64,000 nt of DNA from Candidatus Acidiferrum sp. (GCA_035313865.1 DATFZY010000035.1:466-64465); one strand, 5' to 3'. Shown: positions 9,486-20,044, counted from the stretch's first letter. Notes: generated by a model from the letters alone, not told the origin. Numbers and translations are program-made.

Positions 9486-9600
9486 CTAAACTCTTTAAAT
9501 GCAACGTTTAGGCAGCACTCCGCAAGTGTTGCATCTAAACGACTTACGCCAAATCTAAACCCTTTAGATACAACACTTACAAAAAACAGGGGGAGGGGGT
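9486..9600 (+). repeat. ~115-bp tri-site dispersed element, copy 1
   Basis: Three alternating ~24-bp units (TAANNCTTTAGAWKCAACACTTAC-like) followed by ACAAAAAAC-GGGGG; homologous to 26918-27031 and 56062-56173. Confidence 0.8.
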
Positions 9601-9659
9601 GTCGTCAGCGAGCGCTGCCATCCATGCCGCACCCACTTCCGTATTACCGTCAGACTGCC

Positions 9660-11453
9660 ATGAAGACCCTATTCGCCATTCTCGCGTCGTTCTTCCTGAT
9701 TCTTCCGCCAGCCCAAGCGCAGGAATCCACCCCCAAATCCGCAAAGCTTGCTTGGCAACCGTGGTCCGACTCCGTTTTCGCACAAGCTAAGCAACAAAAG
9801 CGTTTCGTCCTCCTCGATCTCGAAGCCGTCTGGTGCCACTGGTGCCACGTCATGGACGAAAACACCTACAGCGATCCCGCAGTGATCAAAATGCTCCGCG
9901 AGCACTACATCGTCGTCAAAACCGATCAGGACTCGCGCCCCGACCTCTCCAACCGTTACGAAGATTACGGCTGGCCTGCCACAGTCGTCTTCAACGCCAG
10001 CGGCCAGGAAATCGTCAAGCGCCAGGGCTATCTCGCTCCCGACGAAATGCTCTCCATGCTGCAAGCCATTCTCGACGATCCCACGCCCGGCCCGTCCGTG
10101 CGCCCCGAAGCCAAACTGGATGTGCCCGCAAACGCCCTTCTCACCGAACCTCTCCGCCAGCAACTGAACAAAAACTATCTCGCGGGTTACGACAAGCTTC
10201 ATGGAAGCTGGGGCACCGACCAAAAGCTCCTCGACTGGGACTCCGTCGAATACTCGATGGTCCTCGCCAAACTGAATCGCGATGCGCAAGCCGAACACAT
10301 GGCGCGTCAAACGCTAGCCGAGCAGCTTCATCTCCTCGATCCCGCCTGGGGCGGCGTCTACCAATATTCGACCGACGGCGACTGGAACCACCCACACTTC
10401 GAAAAAATCATGCAAGCGCAGGCGGAAAATCTGCGCATCTATGCGCTGGCCTACGCGCAATTCGGCGATCCCCTTTACCTCCACGCCGCGCAGGAAATTC
10501 GCCGCTACCTGAAAACATTCCTAACTTCGCCCGATGGCGCCTTCTACACCAGCCAGGACGCCGACCTCATCGACGGCAAACACAGCGCCGAATATTTCGT
10601 CCTGAGTGACGCCGCCCGCCGCAAACAAGGCGTCCCACGCGTTGACAAACACATCTACGCTCGCGAAAACGGCTGGGCCATCAATGCCCTCGTAACCCTC
10701 TACGACGCCACAGGAGACGCAGCAGTTCTGAATGACGCCACTCGCGCAGCTAAATGGATCCTCGCCAATCGCGCGTTACCCGGCGGCGGCTTCCGCCACA
10801 ACGAAGACGCCGCCGGTCCGTATCTCGGCGACACCATCGCCATGGCCCGAGCCTTTCTCGCTCTCTACGGCGCCACCGGAGACCGAGCATGGCTCGCTCA
10901 CGCCGAAGCCGCCATGAATTTCGCAGATAAAAATTTCCGCGACGCCAACTCCGCCGGCTTCCTCACGACGAAAACTCCGACCGACCACGCCTACACGCCG
11001 CATCCGCAACGCGACGAAAACGTCCTGGTCGCCCGCACCGCCAATCTGCTTTTCCACTACACCGGCGACGCTCATTACGAAGACCTCGCCAAACACGCCA
11101 TGAAATACCTGGCCGCGGTGCCCATCGTGGATCGCCTGCCGGCCTCCAGCGCACTCCTACCCGACGCAGAACTCAATCGCGTCCCGCTGCACCTTACTGT
11201 CGTCGGCAAGAAAGACGATCCAGCCTCGCAAGCCCTGTTCCAAGCCGCCCTGCGCTCTCCCTCCAGCTACAAACGAGTCGAATGGTGGGACACCCGCGAA
11301 GGCAAACTCCCAAATCCCGACGTCCAATATCCCGAACTCTCTCGCGCTGCAGCCTTCATCTGCACCAACCGCGCCTGCTCCGCCCCCATCTTCAAACCCG
11401 AAGACCTGCAACCCCGCATCGACAAACTCTCGGGACTCCAGGCTTCGCGGTGA
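9660..11453 (+). CDS. Secreted DUF255/YyaL (SSP411-like) thioredoxin-domain protein
   Basis: Signal peptide (AQA-Q), WCHWCHVMD, GWPATV, HFEK, FYTSQDAD and a C-terminal C...C.P motif. Confidence 0.88.
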   Translation: MKTLFAILASFFLILPPAQAQESTPKSAKLAWQPWSDSVFAQAKQQKRFVLLDLEAVWCHWCHVMDENTYSDPAVIKMLREHYIVVKTDQDSRPDLSNRYEDYGWPATVVFNASGQEIVKRQGYLAPDEMLSMLQAILDDPTPGPSVRPEAKLDVPANALLTEPLRQQLNKNYLAGYDKLHGSWGTDQKLLDWDSVEYSMVLAKLNRDAQAEHMARQTLAEQLHLLDPAWGGVYQYSTDGDWNHPHFEKIMQAQAENLRIYALAYAQFGDPLYLHAAQEIRRYLKTFLTSPDGAFYTSQDADLIDGKHSAEYFVLSDAARRKQGVPRVDKHIYARENGWAINALVTLYDATGDAAVLNDATRAAKWILANRALPGGGFRHNEDAAGPYLGDTIAMARAFLALYGATGDRAWLAHAEAAMNFADKNFRDANSAGFLTTKTPTDHAYTPHPQRDENVLVARTANLLFHYTGDAHYEDLAKHAMKYLAAVPIVDRLPASSALLPDAELNRVPLHLTVVGKKDDPASQALFQAALRSPSSYKRVEWWDTREGKLPNPDVQYPELSRAAAFICTNRACSAPIFKPEDLQPRIDKLSGLQASR

Positions 11454-11509
11454 CGCAATGCTCGTCACGCGATTCTCAATCCCATCCATCGTCATAGTAT
11501 TCTTTCACT

Positions 11510-12826
11510 GTGCTGGAACTGGACTGCGGCCTCGAATTCGATTTCACGCGCGCGGACGAAGATTTCTTTCCCGCACTGCCGCCCAGACCCGCTGTTTGCC
11601 TCATCGAAATGCGCGCGGAAAAAGCCGAGCCACTTCTGGTTCGCACGCAGGATTTGCGCCGCCGCTTGCAGCGCATCCTCGGCCCACTCGACCCAACCAG
11701 CAAGCGCCTGAACCTCCGCGAACTCGCGCGCGGCATCCGCTACCGCCTCACCGGCTCAAAGTTCGAGCAAACACTCACGTACTACACGCACGCCAAACAA
11801 ATCTTCCCAAAGCGTTATCGCGCGCTCATGCGACTGCGCACGCCGGCCGTTTTAAAAGTCAGCCTGCGCAACGCCTACCCGCGCTGCTACGTCACGCGCC
11901 ACATTCCCGTCGACGATTCCGGCTCACCCACGGCAGGGGCCTACTATGGTCCGTTCCCCTCACGAAAATCGGCTGATGCTTTCTCGGAGAAGGCTCTCGA
12001 CTTTTTCAAAGTGCGCCGCTGCCAAATCAAAATCCGCCGCGACCCGGCCTTTCCAGGTTGCATCTATTCCGAAATGAAAATGTGCCTGGCCCCGTGCTTC
12101 GCGGGCTGCACCAAGGAGGAATACGACGCCGAAGTTCACCGCCTCGTGCAATTTCTCGACACCAGCGGCGGCTCGCTCCGTACCGCAACCGAAGAGGACC
12201 GCGAGCGTGCCAGCGCCGATCTCGATTTTGAACGCGCCGCAGCGTTGCACAAACGCATCGAAAAGCTCGACGATGTCCTTCGTCTGCAACCGGAACTGGC
12301 CCGCCGCGTTCAGGATCTCAACGCGGTAATTCTCCAGCGCGCCGCTGAAGAACAATCTATCAGTGTCTACGGCATCCACGGCGGCCGCCTCGCGGAGCCG
12401 TTTTTCCTGCGCTTCGCTGAAATCGCCAGCCAGCCGCGCTCCGCGGAACACATCTTCAAGGACTATCTCGAAGGCCATGCCGGACCGGCACAAGCCCTGA
12501 ATGCTGGCACGCAAGACTCCGCTACCGCTAATTCCGTAGCTGCATCACCATCAGCCGCGCCGCCCTCAACAGGCGATTCATCCGTCGTGTCGAACGCAGC
12601 GTCGTACGCAGTGCCAAACGCAACGTTGTCCGCGACAGCTTCGCGCGAACAACTCGGCGAGCATTTGGGCATCATCTCCCGCTGGTTCTACAGCAACCCT
12701 CGCGAAGGCGAGATTTTCTTTCGTGAAAAAGACTGGCCCTACCGTAAAATCCTGAGGGCCTGTTCGCGTCTCCTCAATCCGAAGACCGCCGAACCACCTC
12801 CAAGTGAGCGGCCATCGACGGCTTGA
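11510..12826 (+). CDS. UvrC/Cho-like protein (degenerate GIY-YIG, Cys cluster, UVR domain)
   Basis: YYGPFPS, RRC...CIY.EMKMCLAPC...C and ASADLDFERAAAL; no C-terminal RNase H or HhH domain recognised. Confidence 0.75.
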   Translation: MLELDCGLEFDFTRADEDFFPALPPRPAVCLIEMRAEKAEPLLVRTQDLRRRLQRILGPLDPTSKRLNLRELARGIRYRLTGSKFEQTLTYYTHAKQIFPKRYRALMRLRTPAVLKVSLRNAYPRCYVTRHIPVDDSGSPTAGAYYGPFPSRKSADAFSEKALDFFKVRRCQIKIRRDPAFPGCIYSEMKMCLAPCFAGCTKEEYDAEVHRLVQFLDTSGGSLRTATEEDRERASADLDFERAAALHKRIEKLDDVLRLQPELARRVQDLNAVILQRAAEEQSISVYGIHGGRLAEPFFLRFAEIASQPRSAEHIFKDYLEGHAGPAQALNAGTQDSATANSVAASPSAAPPSTGDSSVVSNAASYAVPNATLSATASREQLGEHLGIISRWFYSNPREGEIFFREKDWPYRKILRACSRLLNPKTAEPPPSERPSTA

Positions 12827-12843
12827 GTGCATTCGCTGGGAAA

Positions 12844-12910
12844 GGGCACGATGTATCGTGCCCCTACAAGGCGCCAAGCGCAGTCGTAGGGGCACGGCAT
12901 GCCGTGCCCG
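12844..12910. repeat. Inverted pair of GTAG REP-like palindromes
   Basis: GGGCACGATGTATCGTGCCCCTAC (12844-12867) and GTAGGGGCACGGCATGCCGTGCCCG (12886-12910). Confidence 0.8.
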
Positions 12911-12939
12911 TCTTGGGGTGATCGCAACGCAAGGAAACC

Positions 12940-14049
12940 ATGACTAAATCCGCCACAAACGAAGCCACAAAGCGCTACGCCAACAAGTTTGCAGGCCGTG
13001 CCGCCGACGGCCATTTTCGCGAAGCCCATGGCCTCGTCGTCTCCTCGCTAGGCCTCGGCACATATCTAGGCCAGCCCGATCCAAAGACCGACGCAAGCTA
13101 CGCCGCCGCAATCGTGGCCGCCGCCGAATCCGGCATCAACGTTTTCGATGCCGCTATCAACTACCGCTTCCAGCGCAGCGAACGCAACATCGGCGCCGCC
13201 ATAAAACATCTAGCCACAAAAGGTTTCCCCCGCGAAGAATTAGTCGTCTGCACAAAAGGCGGCTACCTCACCCCCGACGGCTCCATGCCCGAAGAGCCCA
13301 ACGAATATTTCTTCCGCGAATATCTTCAACCCGGCGTCTTCACTGGGCCCGACATCGTCGCCGGCAGCCACTGCATGACCGCGCGCTTCCTCGAGAATCA
13401 GCTCGGCCGAAGCCTGCGCAATCTTGGGCTCGACTGCATCGACGTCTACTATCTCCACAATCCCGAAACGCAGCTCAGCGAAGTCTCCCCTCCGGATTTT
13501 CTCGAGCGCGTGCGCGACGCGTTCATCTATCTCGAATCCGCCGCCGATGCCGGCAAAATCCAGTTCTATGGCATGGCCACCTGGAATGGTTTCCGCCAGG
13601 AAGCCAAAGCGCGCGACGCCATGCAGTTGGCCGAGCTCGCCCAAATCGCCGAAGACATCGCCGGCAAAAAAAACCGTTTCCGTTTCGTGCAACTCCCCTT
13701 CAATCTCGGAATGACGGAAGCGTTGACACTCGGCAATCAATCCATCGGCGGCAAAGACCGCACGGTAATGGAAGCGGCAAGCGAATTGGGCATCACATTG
13801 ATAGCCAGCGCGTCATTGCTGCAAGGGCAAGTCGCGCGCAACCTGCCGGGATTCGTCGCCGAAGCCCTGGGCCTCGAGGACGACGCGGAACGCGCGCTGC
13901 AATTCGTCCGCTCATCTCCCGGAATCACAACGGCACTGGTGGGAATGTCGCGCGTCGAACACGTCCAGGCCAACGCGCGGCTCGTAAATGTCGCTCCAGC
14001 CACCGTGGACCAGTTCACAAAACTCTTCTCACGCGGCGAAACCGCCTGA
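12940..14049 (+). CDS. Aldo/keto reductase
   Basis: SSLGLGTY, D.A.NY...SE, CTKGG, SLRNLGLDCIDVYYLHNP. Confidence 0.9.
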   Translation: MTKSATNEATKRYANKFAGRAADGHFREAHGLVVSSLGLGTYLGQPDPKTDASYAAAIVAAAESGINVFDAAINYRFQRSERNIGAAIKHLATKGFPREELVVCTKGGYLTPDGSMPEEPNEYFFREYLQPGVFTGPDIVAGSHCMTARFLENQLGRSLRNLGLDCIDVYYLHNPETQLSEVSPPDFLERVRDAFIYLESAADAGKIQFYGMATWNGFRQEAKARDAMQLAELAQIAEDIAGKKNRFRFVQLPFNLGMTEALTLGNQSIGGKDRTVMEAASELGITLIASASLLQGQVARNLPGFVAEALGLEDDAERALQFVRSSPGITTALVGMSRVEHVQANARLVNVAPATVDQFTKLFSRGETA

Positions 14050-14104
14050 TCGGAGCGACCCAAATCTCGTAGGGGCGGAGCCAGGCCAAAGTCATGCAGA
14101 TTAA

Positions 14105-14761
14105 TCAGCCGGCGAGACTCGGCAAGCGCACAGTGACCCACGCAGTGATGGCGCCAGCCATCTGATCGAGCTTGCCGACAAAAAAATGATCAGCCTCTTC
14201 CACGATGACCACTCGATTTTCTCCCGGTACAATCGCGACGACACTCTGCAGCTTGTCCACAGCGCCGTACATATCGTTGCTGCCGCTCACGAACAGTTTT
14301 GGTTTTTCGCATTTTGCCAAATAAGAAAAATCCGCGTTGTTCACCGGCGCTCCTAGCCCGATCAATCCGGTAACGCGGTCATCTTCGCAGCCCGCGCGCA
14401 GCCCAACCCAGCAACCAAAGCTGAAGCCCGCCACCAAAAGCGGAATCCCAGGATATTCTGCGGCGAGAAAATCCAGCGCCGCCCGCACATCGCCGCGCTC
14501 GCCGTCTCCGTGATCGTGTTTGCCCTCGCTCATTCCCGTCCCGCGAAAATTGAATCGCAGCACCGGCAGCCCAAGCGCATCCAGCGATTTCGCCGCTTGA
14601 TAGACCACTTTGTTGTGCATCGTCCCGCCAAAGAGCGGATGCGGGTGGCAGACGACCGCAGCCATCGCCGGTGCGCCCGCAGTGGGACTCCACAAAATAG
14701 CTTCGAGACGGCCTGCAGGTCCGTCGAGAAACAAATTCCGCGACTCGTGTTGTGCGCTCAT
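14105..14761 (-). CDS. Alpha/beta hydrolase (Atu1826-like)
   Basis: GPAGRLEA, CHPHPLFGGTM.NKVV, FNFRG.G.S.G, GFSFG nucleophile elbow, ADHFF; start may be 14773. Confidence 0.9.
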   Translation of the reverse strand: MSAQHESRNLFLDGPAGRLEAILWSPTAGAPAMAAVVCHPHPLFGGTMHNKVVYQAAKSLDALGLPVLRFNFRGTGMSEGKHDHGDGERGDVRAALDFLAAEYPGIPLLVAGFSFGCWVGLRAGCEDDRVTGLIGLGAPVNNADFSYLAKCEKPKLFVSGSNDMYGAVDKLQSVVAIVPGENRVVIVEEADHFFVGKLDQMAGAITAWVTVRLPSLAG

Positions 14762-15128
14762 CGTTTTATTCAAATTGGTCGAAAGAAAATTGAGTGTACC
14801 GCAATGCGGCGGAAAGACCGAATTCTGGAAACCCGCAAATAAAATCTGCTAACTCGATTGAGTTTCGCGAGCGCGCTCTTATCAGCAGCGGTAGGGTTCG
14901 AGTCTTCCGGCTTGGTTCGCGCCCGATACCTCGCCTCACCTTCCAACGCGGTAGTACTCTCTGAGAGTAACGGTACGACACTAAGCACCGATTACTTCCC
15001 AGTTCACTGAATCCCCAAAAACCTCGTACTAGGACGTAATTTTCTGAATTTCGCGTTGCAGTTTGCGTGCGCCGATGTTAGCTTCCATTCAATTCCAGCC
15101 CGAGCGGGAGATCCCAGTGGGAGGAGAG

Positions 15129-15464
15129 ATGAGCGACGGAGCCGACCGCCGCGAAGCGCGGCGTTTCAATATGACTTTGCCGCTGCGCGTCCTTCCGCAC
15201 GAGCCGCACGGGCACGAACTCGCTGCACAAACTCGCGATGTCAGTTACCGCGGACTCTATTTCCTCGCCGAAACCAAGTTCGCCATCGGCAGCGAAATTG
15301 AATTCGTCATCACTCTTCCCGAGCAGGTGACGCAATCCAACGACGTCAATATCCGCTGCGTCGGCCAAATCGTGCGCGTCGAACCCACCTCCAACGGCCG
15401 CATGGGCATCGCCGCAAAAATCGAACGCTACGAATTCATGCCTGCCGCGGCAACCGCTGCGTAG
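15129..15464 (+). CDS. PilZ-domain protein
   Basis: RREARR (RxxxR) and DVSYRG (DxSxxG) motifs; GAGGAG RBS before ATG 15129. Confidence 0.85.
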   Translation: MSDGADRREARRFNMTLPLRVLPHEPHGHELAAQTRDVSYRGLYFLAETKFAIGSEIEFVITLPEQVTQSNDVNIRCVGQIVRVEPTSNGRMGIAAKIERYEFMPAAATAA

Positions 15465-15483
15465 ACACGGGACACGCGCAAAG

Positions 15484-15605
15484 CGGTCATCCTCAGAAGG
15501 ATGACCCTACAGATCGTTGGCCCGTTCAAGAATTCAAAGTTTAAGAGTCGAAGAAGGGCTTGCCGCGCAGGCGGACTTGTAGGGTCATCCTTCTGAGGAT
15601 GATCG
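15484..15605. repeat. REPIN-like inverted pair of GTAGGGTCATCC REPs enclosing 8-mer repeats
   Basis: CGGTCATCCTCAGAAGGATGACCCTAC (15484-15510) and GTAGGGTCATCCTTCTGAGGATGATCG (15579-15605); gttcaaga-type units lie between them. Confidence 0.8.
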
Positions 15606-15741
15606 TTTTCTCCTCCGCGCAACCTCCTTCGTTTTCCGGCGCCTGCAACTCGCTTGCGGGCACGCTGCGCGAGTACAATGGCCGTGGCCGTCCACTCCGC
15701 GTCCAATTGAAGAACGGCTCGTTCCTTCACAGGGGGAATCC

Positions 15742-15969
15742 ATGTATCACTATGACGCGAGCATCGCGCTGGAAGAATTGCAGGAAGACGCGCTTCTGCC
15801 GCATCCCGTCAAGCTGCGCGACATGATTCTGCGCACGCAACTTGGCCCGGAAGAAGCGAAGCTGTTGAACCACGAATTTCAGGACTATCTGACGCGCTTT
15901 GGCGAATTGCAAAAAGTGGCGCGCGGCGTCCTCCAGAAAATAGCCGCGGGCCGCCGCAAGGCTTCGTGA
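15742..15969 (+). CDS. Small hypothetical protein
   Basis: GGGGGA RBS, 75-aa helical protein, first gene of a co-oriented run. Confidence 0.65.
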   Translation: MYHYDASIALEELQEDALLPHPVKLRDMILRTQLGPEEAKLLNHEFQDYLTRFGELQKVARGVLQKIAAGRRKAS

Positions 15970-16000
15970 TGCAGACCGCCGCAGCGGGAGTGCGTCGCGG

Positions 16001-17140
16001 ATGAAGACCAAGCCGCGCGTCCTCCTCTTGTCCGCCTCTTCCGGCGCGGGCCATGTCCGAGCGGCCCAGGCCCTCGAAAAAGCGTTCGCAGCCCGCGGCG
16101 ATTGCGTAGTCGAACACATTGATACCATCCAGTACGTCAGCAAACTCTTCCAGCGCATCTACGACAAGGCTTACATCTCCATGGTGCGTCGGGCGCCTGA
16201 ATTGATGGGCGTACTCTACGATCGCACGGACAATCCCTGGGAACATGCCCGGCGGCGGCTCGCACTGGACCGCCTGAACACCGCGCCGATGATTCGCCTG
16301 CTGAAAAAAGTGCAACCCGATTTGTGTGTGGCGACGCACTTCCTGGCCGCGGAAATTATTGCGTGGCTTATCGCCAAACGAAAACTGCGCTCGCACAACG
16401 CTATCGTGGTTACCGACTACGACGTGCACGCCATGTGGCTGTGCCGCACCGTTGAACGATATTACGTGGCCATTGATGAAGCGGCCGAATACCTCGCGAA
16501 CATCGGCGTGCCGCGCGAAATCATAAAGGTTACGGGTATTCCGATCGACCCGCTCTTCGCCAAAGCGATCGACCGCGCGGAAACGCGGCGCGCGCTCGGC
16601 CTCGATCCATCGGCGGCCGTGATACTAGTTTCCGCGGGAGGCTACGGAGTTGGCCCCGTCGAGCAACTGGTGAATGATTTGCTCGCTTTGCAGCGTCCGT
16701 GGCAAATCGTAGCGATAGCCGGCAAAGCCGAAAAGGTTCGCAAACGCCTGGAAGAAATTTCGCGTGGAGCAGGAAAGCTTCCGAGCGGAACGCCACGGCT
16801 CTGCGCCGTCGGATTCACAACCGACATGGACAAATACATGGCTGCCGCCGATCTCCTCGTCGGCAAAGCCGGCGGCCTCACGACGTCGGAAGCGCTCGCG
16901 CGCATCTTGCCGATGGCGTTGATCGAGCCCATACCCGGCCAGGAAGAGCGCAACGCCGATCATCTGCTCGAAGCGGGCGCCGCGATTCGCTGCAACAACC
17001 TTCCGGCGGCAGCGTGGAAAATCGCCGGCCTGCTGGACAATCCCGCACGTCTCGCAAAAATGCGCGAAGCCGCTCGCGCCATGGCCAAACCCACCGCCGC
17101 CGCTGCTATCGCGGAAGACGCGCTCAGGCTGGTAGACTGA
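16001..17140 (+). CDS. MGDG synthase / UgtP-like GT28 glycosyltransferase
   Basis: G.GH..AA, ATHF, VVTDY..H..W, TGIPI, GKAGGLTTSEA, PIPGQEERNA. Confidence 0.9.
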   Translation: MKTKPRVLLLSASSGAGHVRAAQALEKAFAARGDCVVEHIDTIQYVSKLFQRIYDKAYISMVRRAPELMGVLYDRTDNPWEHARRRLALDRLNTAPMIRLLKKVQPDLCVATHFLAAEIIAWLIAKRKLRSHNAIVVTDYDVHAMWLCRTVERYYVAIDEAAEYLANIGVPREIIKVTGIPIDPLFAKAIDRAETRRALGLDPSAAVILVSAGGYGVGPVEQLVNDLLALQRPWQIVAIAGKAEKVRKRLEEISRGAGKLPSGTPRLCAVGFTTDMDKYMAAADLLVGKAGGLTTSEALARILPMALIEPIPGQEERNADHLLEAGAAIRCNNLPAAAWKIAGLLDNPARLAKMREAARAMAKPTAAAAIAEDALRLVD

Positions 17141-17152
17141 AAAAGCTTTCCT

Positions 17153-17839
17153 ATGCGACGCAACACACTTTTGATCGACGCCGACGACACGTTGTGGGAA
17201 AACAACGTGTTTTTCGAAAAGCTCATCGAGGATTTTATTACCCTCGTCGAGCCGTGCGGTTACACGCGCGCCTATATCCGCCACATCCTGAATGAAACCG
17301 AGCGCAAGAATATCCGCCAGTACGGCTATGGCGTGCGCAGTTTCGGCCGCTCGCTCGAAGAAACCTATCTAAAGCTTGCGGAACACATGGCGAAGCGCGA
17401 AACCCTCGCGCAAATTCACGTGCGCGTCGTGGAGTTGGAACGCACGCCGCCGCAAATTCTCGATGGCGTTCCGGAAACCCTGGCGTACCTGACCGAGCGG
17501 CATCGCCTTATTTTATTTACGAAAGGCGAGCCCGCGGAGCAAGCCGCGAAAGTGGAGCGCTCCGGCTTGCAGGGCTTTTTCGAGTTCATCGAAATCGTCA
17601 GCGAAAAAGATCCGGAAACCTACGGCAGCCTGGTGAAGAAACACAAAATCGTAAAATCGCTAGGCTGGATGATCGGCAACAGCCCGCGCAGCGACATCAA
17701 TCCCGCCATGAAAATCGGACTCAACGCCGTCTACATTCCGCACCAACACACCTGGCAGCTCGAGCATGAGCCGGTCATGGCCGGCGCGGGGAAACTCGTC
17801 ATCGTTCCCTCGTTTCGCGAGCTCCGCAGCCATTTCTAA
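17153..17839 (+). CDS. HAD-family hydrolase
   Basis: DADDTLWEN, FTKG, MIGNSPRSDINP. Confidence 0.9.
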   Translation: MRRNTLLIDADDTLWENNVFFEKLIEDFITLVEPCGYTRAYIRHILNETERKNIRQYGYGVRSFGRSLEETYLKLAEHMAKRETLAQIHVRVVELERTPPQILDGVPETLAYLTERHRLILFTKGEPAEQAAKVERSGLQGFFEFIEIVSEKDPETYGSLVKKHKIVKSLGWMIGNSPRSDINPAMKIGLNAVYIPHQHTWQLEHEPVMAGAGKLVIVPSFRELRSHF

Positions 17840-17951
17840 CTCTTATCCTGGGTATTGCTTCAGCTTCTGCCTTCTCCCAATTTGGACGGTGTATCCGAAT
17901 TTCTCTGCCGTAGTCTAAGAGGGATGGATCCAAGCCCGGAGGCTATTCACC

Positions 17952-19118
17952 ATGGCTACCGCAACGACACCGATTCACACCGATTGGCGAGAAGAGTGGT
18001 TCGAATTTGAGGACGCCACATATCTAAATCTCGCGGGGCAGTCGCCGATGCCCAAAGCTTCTCTGCGCGCGATTCAGACCGCCCTCGCCGACAAAAAACA
18101 TCCGCACCACCGAACCGATTCTGTTTTCTACGAAATCCCCAATCGCATACGCAGCAGCATCGCGCAATTGATCGGCGCCAAGCCCGAAGAGATTGCCATC
18201 ACCACCGGCGCCAGCGCCGGAGTCATTGCCGTCGCCTATGCGCTCGATTGGAAGCCGGGCGACGAAGTCATCACTGCCGCGCGCGAATTTCCGCTCCAAT
18301 ACACCATCTGGAAGCCCATGGAGCAGCGCGAGGGCATCAAAATAAAGGTCGTCTCGCCGCGCGAACGTTTTCTGACTGCCGACGATCTCATTGCCTCGCT
18401 CACTCCGAACACGCGCGTCGTTTCCGTCAGTCTCGTTCGTTTCGACGACGGCTCGTTGCTCGATGCTCGCCGTTTGGCCGATGCCTGCCATGCGCAAGGC
18501 ACATTGTTACTGCTCGATGTCAGCCAGTGCTGCGGCGCACTGCCCATGAACGTCGCGCAACTCGGCGCTGATTTCGTGGTCTGCGCCGGCTATAAATGGC
18601 TCTTCGGCCCCTTCGGCACGGGTTTTTTCTGGATCAAGCGCGAACTGCTCTCGCGCGTTCGACCCGCGCCGTTTTACTGGATGGCGATCGAGGGCTCCGA
18701 CAATTTCGCCAAGCTCAACTTCTCCGATCCCAAGCCCGCGGATAGCGCAAAGCGCTGGGACGCTCCCGAATGGGCCAGTCATTTCAACTTCAATCTCGCT
18801 GGGATGGACGCATCGCTCGAATTTGTTCTTCGCATGGGCGCGGAGACTGTCGCAAAACACAACCGCGGACTGATGGAACTGATGTACGAACGGCTGCCGA
18901 AAGATCGGTGCGTTCCGGCGAGTCCGCTGGACCCCACCCAGCGTGGCCCGTATGGATGTTTTGCAGCCCGGACGCCGGAAAAAACCGCGGAGCTGTATCA
19001 GAAACTGCGCGCGGAAAATGTGATTGTCAGTTTGCGCGAAGGAAATATTCGCGTGTCGCCGCATCTTTACAACACGGAGCGCGACATCGACCGTCTGATT
19101 TCCGTGGTGACCGCATGA
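17952..19118 (+). CDS. Class V PLP-dependent aminotransferase / cysteine-desulfurase-like enzyme
   Basis: YLN.AG.SP, LDVSQ, GYKWL.GP.G.GF, RVSPHLYN. Confidence 0.88.
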   Translation: MATATTPIHTDWREEWFEFEDATYLNLAGQSPMPKASLRAIQTALADKKHPHHRTDSVFYEIPNRIRSSIAQLIGAKPEEIAITTGASAGVIAVAYALDWKPGDEVITAAREFPLQYTIWKPMEQREGIKIKVVSPRERFLTADDLIASLTPNTRVVSVSLVRFDDGSLLDARRLADACHAQGTLLLLDVSQCCGALPMNVAQLGADFVVCAGYKWLFGPFGTGFFWIKRELLSRVRPAPFYWMAIEGSDNFAKLNFSDPKPADSAKRWDAPEWASHFNFNLAGMDASLEFVLRMGAETVAKHNRGLMELMYERLPKDRCVPASPLDPTQRGPYGCFAARTPEKTAELYQKLRAENVIVSLREGNIRVSPHLYNTERDIDRLISVVTA

Positions 19119-20044
19119 CCGCTGAAAAAACCTGGCCGCGAATTGCCGTCGTTGGCGCTGGCGCTGTTGGCGGTTACTTTGGCGGGATGCTCGCGCGCGC
19201 GGGCGCTCCCGTCATCATGATCGGGCGCCCGGCGCTCGTGGAAGCCGTGAAGAAGAACGGACTTTTTCTCGACGCGGTTCAATTCAAAGAAACTGTGCGC
19301 GTCGAAGCCTCCACGGAATTGAAAGACGCTCGCGGCGCCGAGATCGTTCTTTTTTGTGTGAAGACAACGGACAACGCAGCCACGTCAAAAGAACTTGCGC
19401 CCCTGCTCGCTCCCGGAGCGGTGGTTGTGAGCATGCAGAACGGCGTGGACAACGCCGAGCAGATTCACGCGGCTTCAGGGATTGATGCAATCTCCGCGGT
19501 GGTGTATGTCGCGGCGGCCGTTCCCGAGCCCGGCCGCGTCAAGCATTCCGGCCGCGGCGATCTGGTCGTTGGGCCGCGCAGCGAAAAGAGCGAACGTGTA
19601 GCCGCAACATTCGAACGAGCCGGCGTTGGCTGCCGCATCGCGGACAATATCGCCGGCGAACTTTGGACCAAGCTCACCTGGAATTGCGCGCTGAACGCCG
19701 TCTCCGCGCTGGCACGCGTCCCATACGGGCAGATTGCGGCGAGCCCCGACGCGCGCAAGATGGTCGAAACTGCTGTATACGAGATTCTGGCTGTCGCCAA
19801 AGCGGCGGGCATTCATCCGCCTGGATTTGAGGATCCGCAAGTGGCGCTCACAGGTGCTTTCCAAATCGCCACGCAAATGGCCGAAGCGTATTCTTCGACT
19901 GCTCAAGACTTGATGCGCGGCAAGCGCACCGAAATTGATTCGCTCAACGGGTACATCTCGCGGCGCGGCTCCGAGCTTGGCGTGCCCGCGCCGGTCAACC
20001 ACGCACTCTACACGCTCGTGAAGCTGGTAGAAGGACGCGCCTGA
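19115..20044 (+). CDS. panE: 2-dehydropantoate 2-reductase
   Basis: GAGAVGG, MQNG, W.KL..N.A.N, SS..QD...GK.TEID.LNG; ATGA overlap with the upstream gene. Confidence 0.9.
   Translation: MTAEKTWPRIAVVGAGAVGGYFGGMLARAGAPVIMIGRPALVEAVKKNGLFLDAVQFKETVRVEASTELKDARGAEIVLFCVKTTDNAATSKELAPLLAPGAVVVSMQNGVDNAEQIHAASGIDAISAVVYVAAAVPEPGRVKHSGRGDLVVGPRSEKSERVAATFERAGVGCRIADNIAGELWTKLTWNCALNAVSALARVPYGQIAASPDARKMVETAVYEILAVAKAAGIHPPGFEDPQVALTGAFQIATQMAEAYSSTAQDLMRGKRTEIDSLNGYISRRGSELGVPAPVNHALYTLVKLVEGRA

Noticed and set aside
9486-9600. CRISPR array or dif site
   Set aside because: The units alternate in orientation, spacers are only about 8-13 nt, there are no cas genes, and there is no match to the XerC/XerD dif consensus.
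14870-14925. tRNA (contains GGTTCGAGTC)
   Set aside because: The T-stem pairs poorly and no acceptor, D or anticodon arms could be folded.
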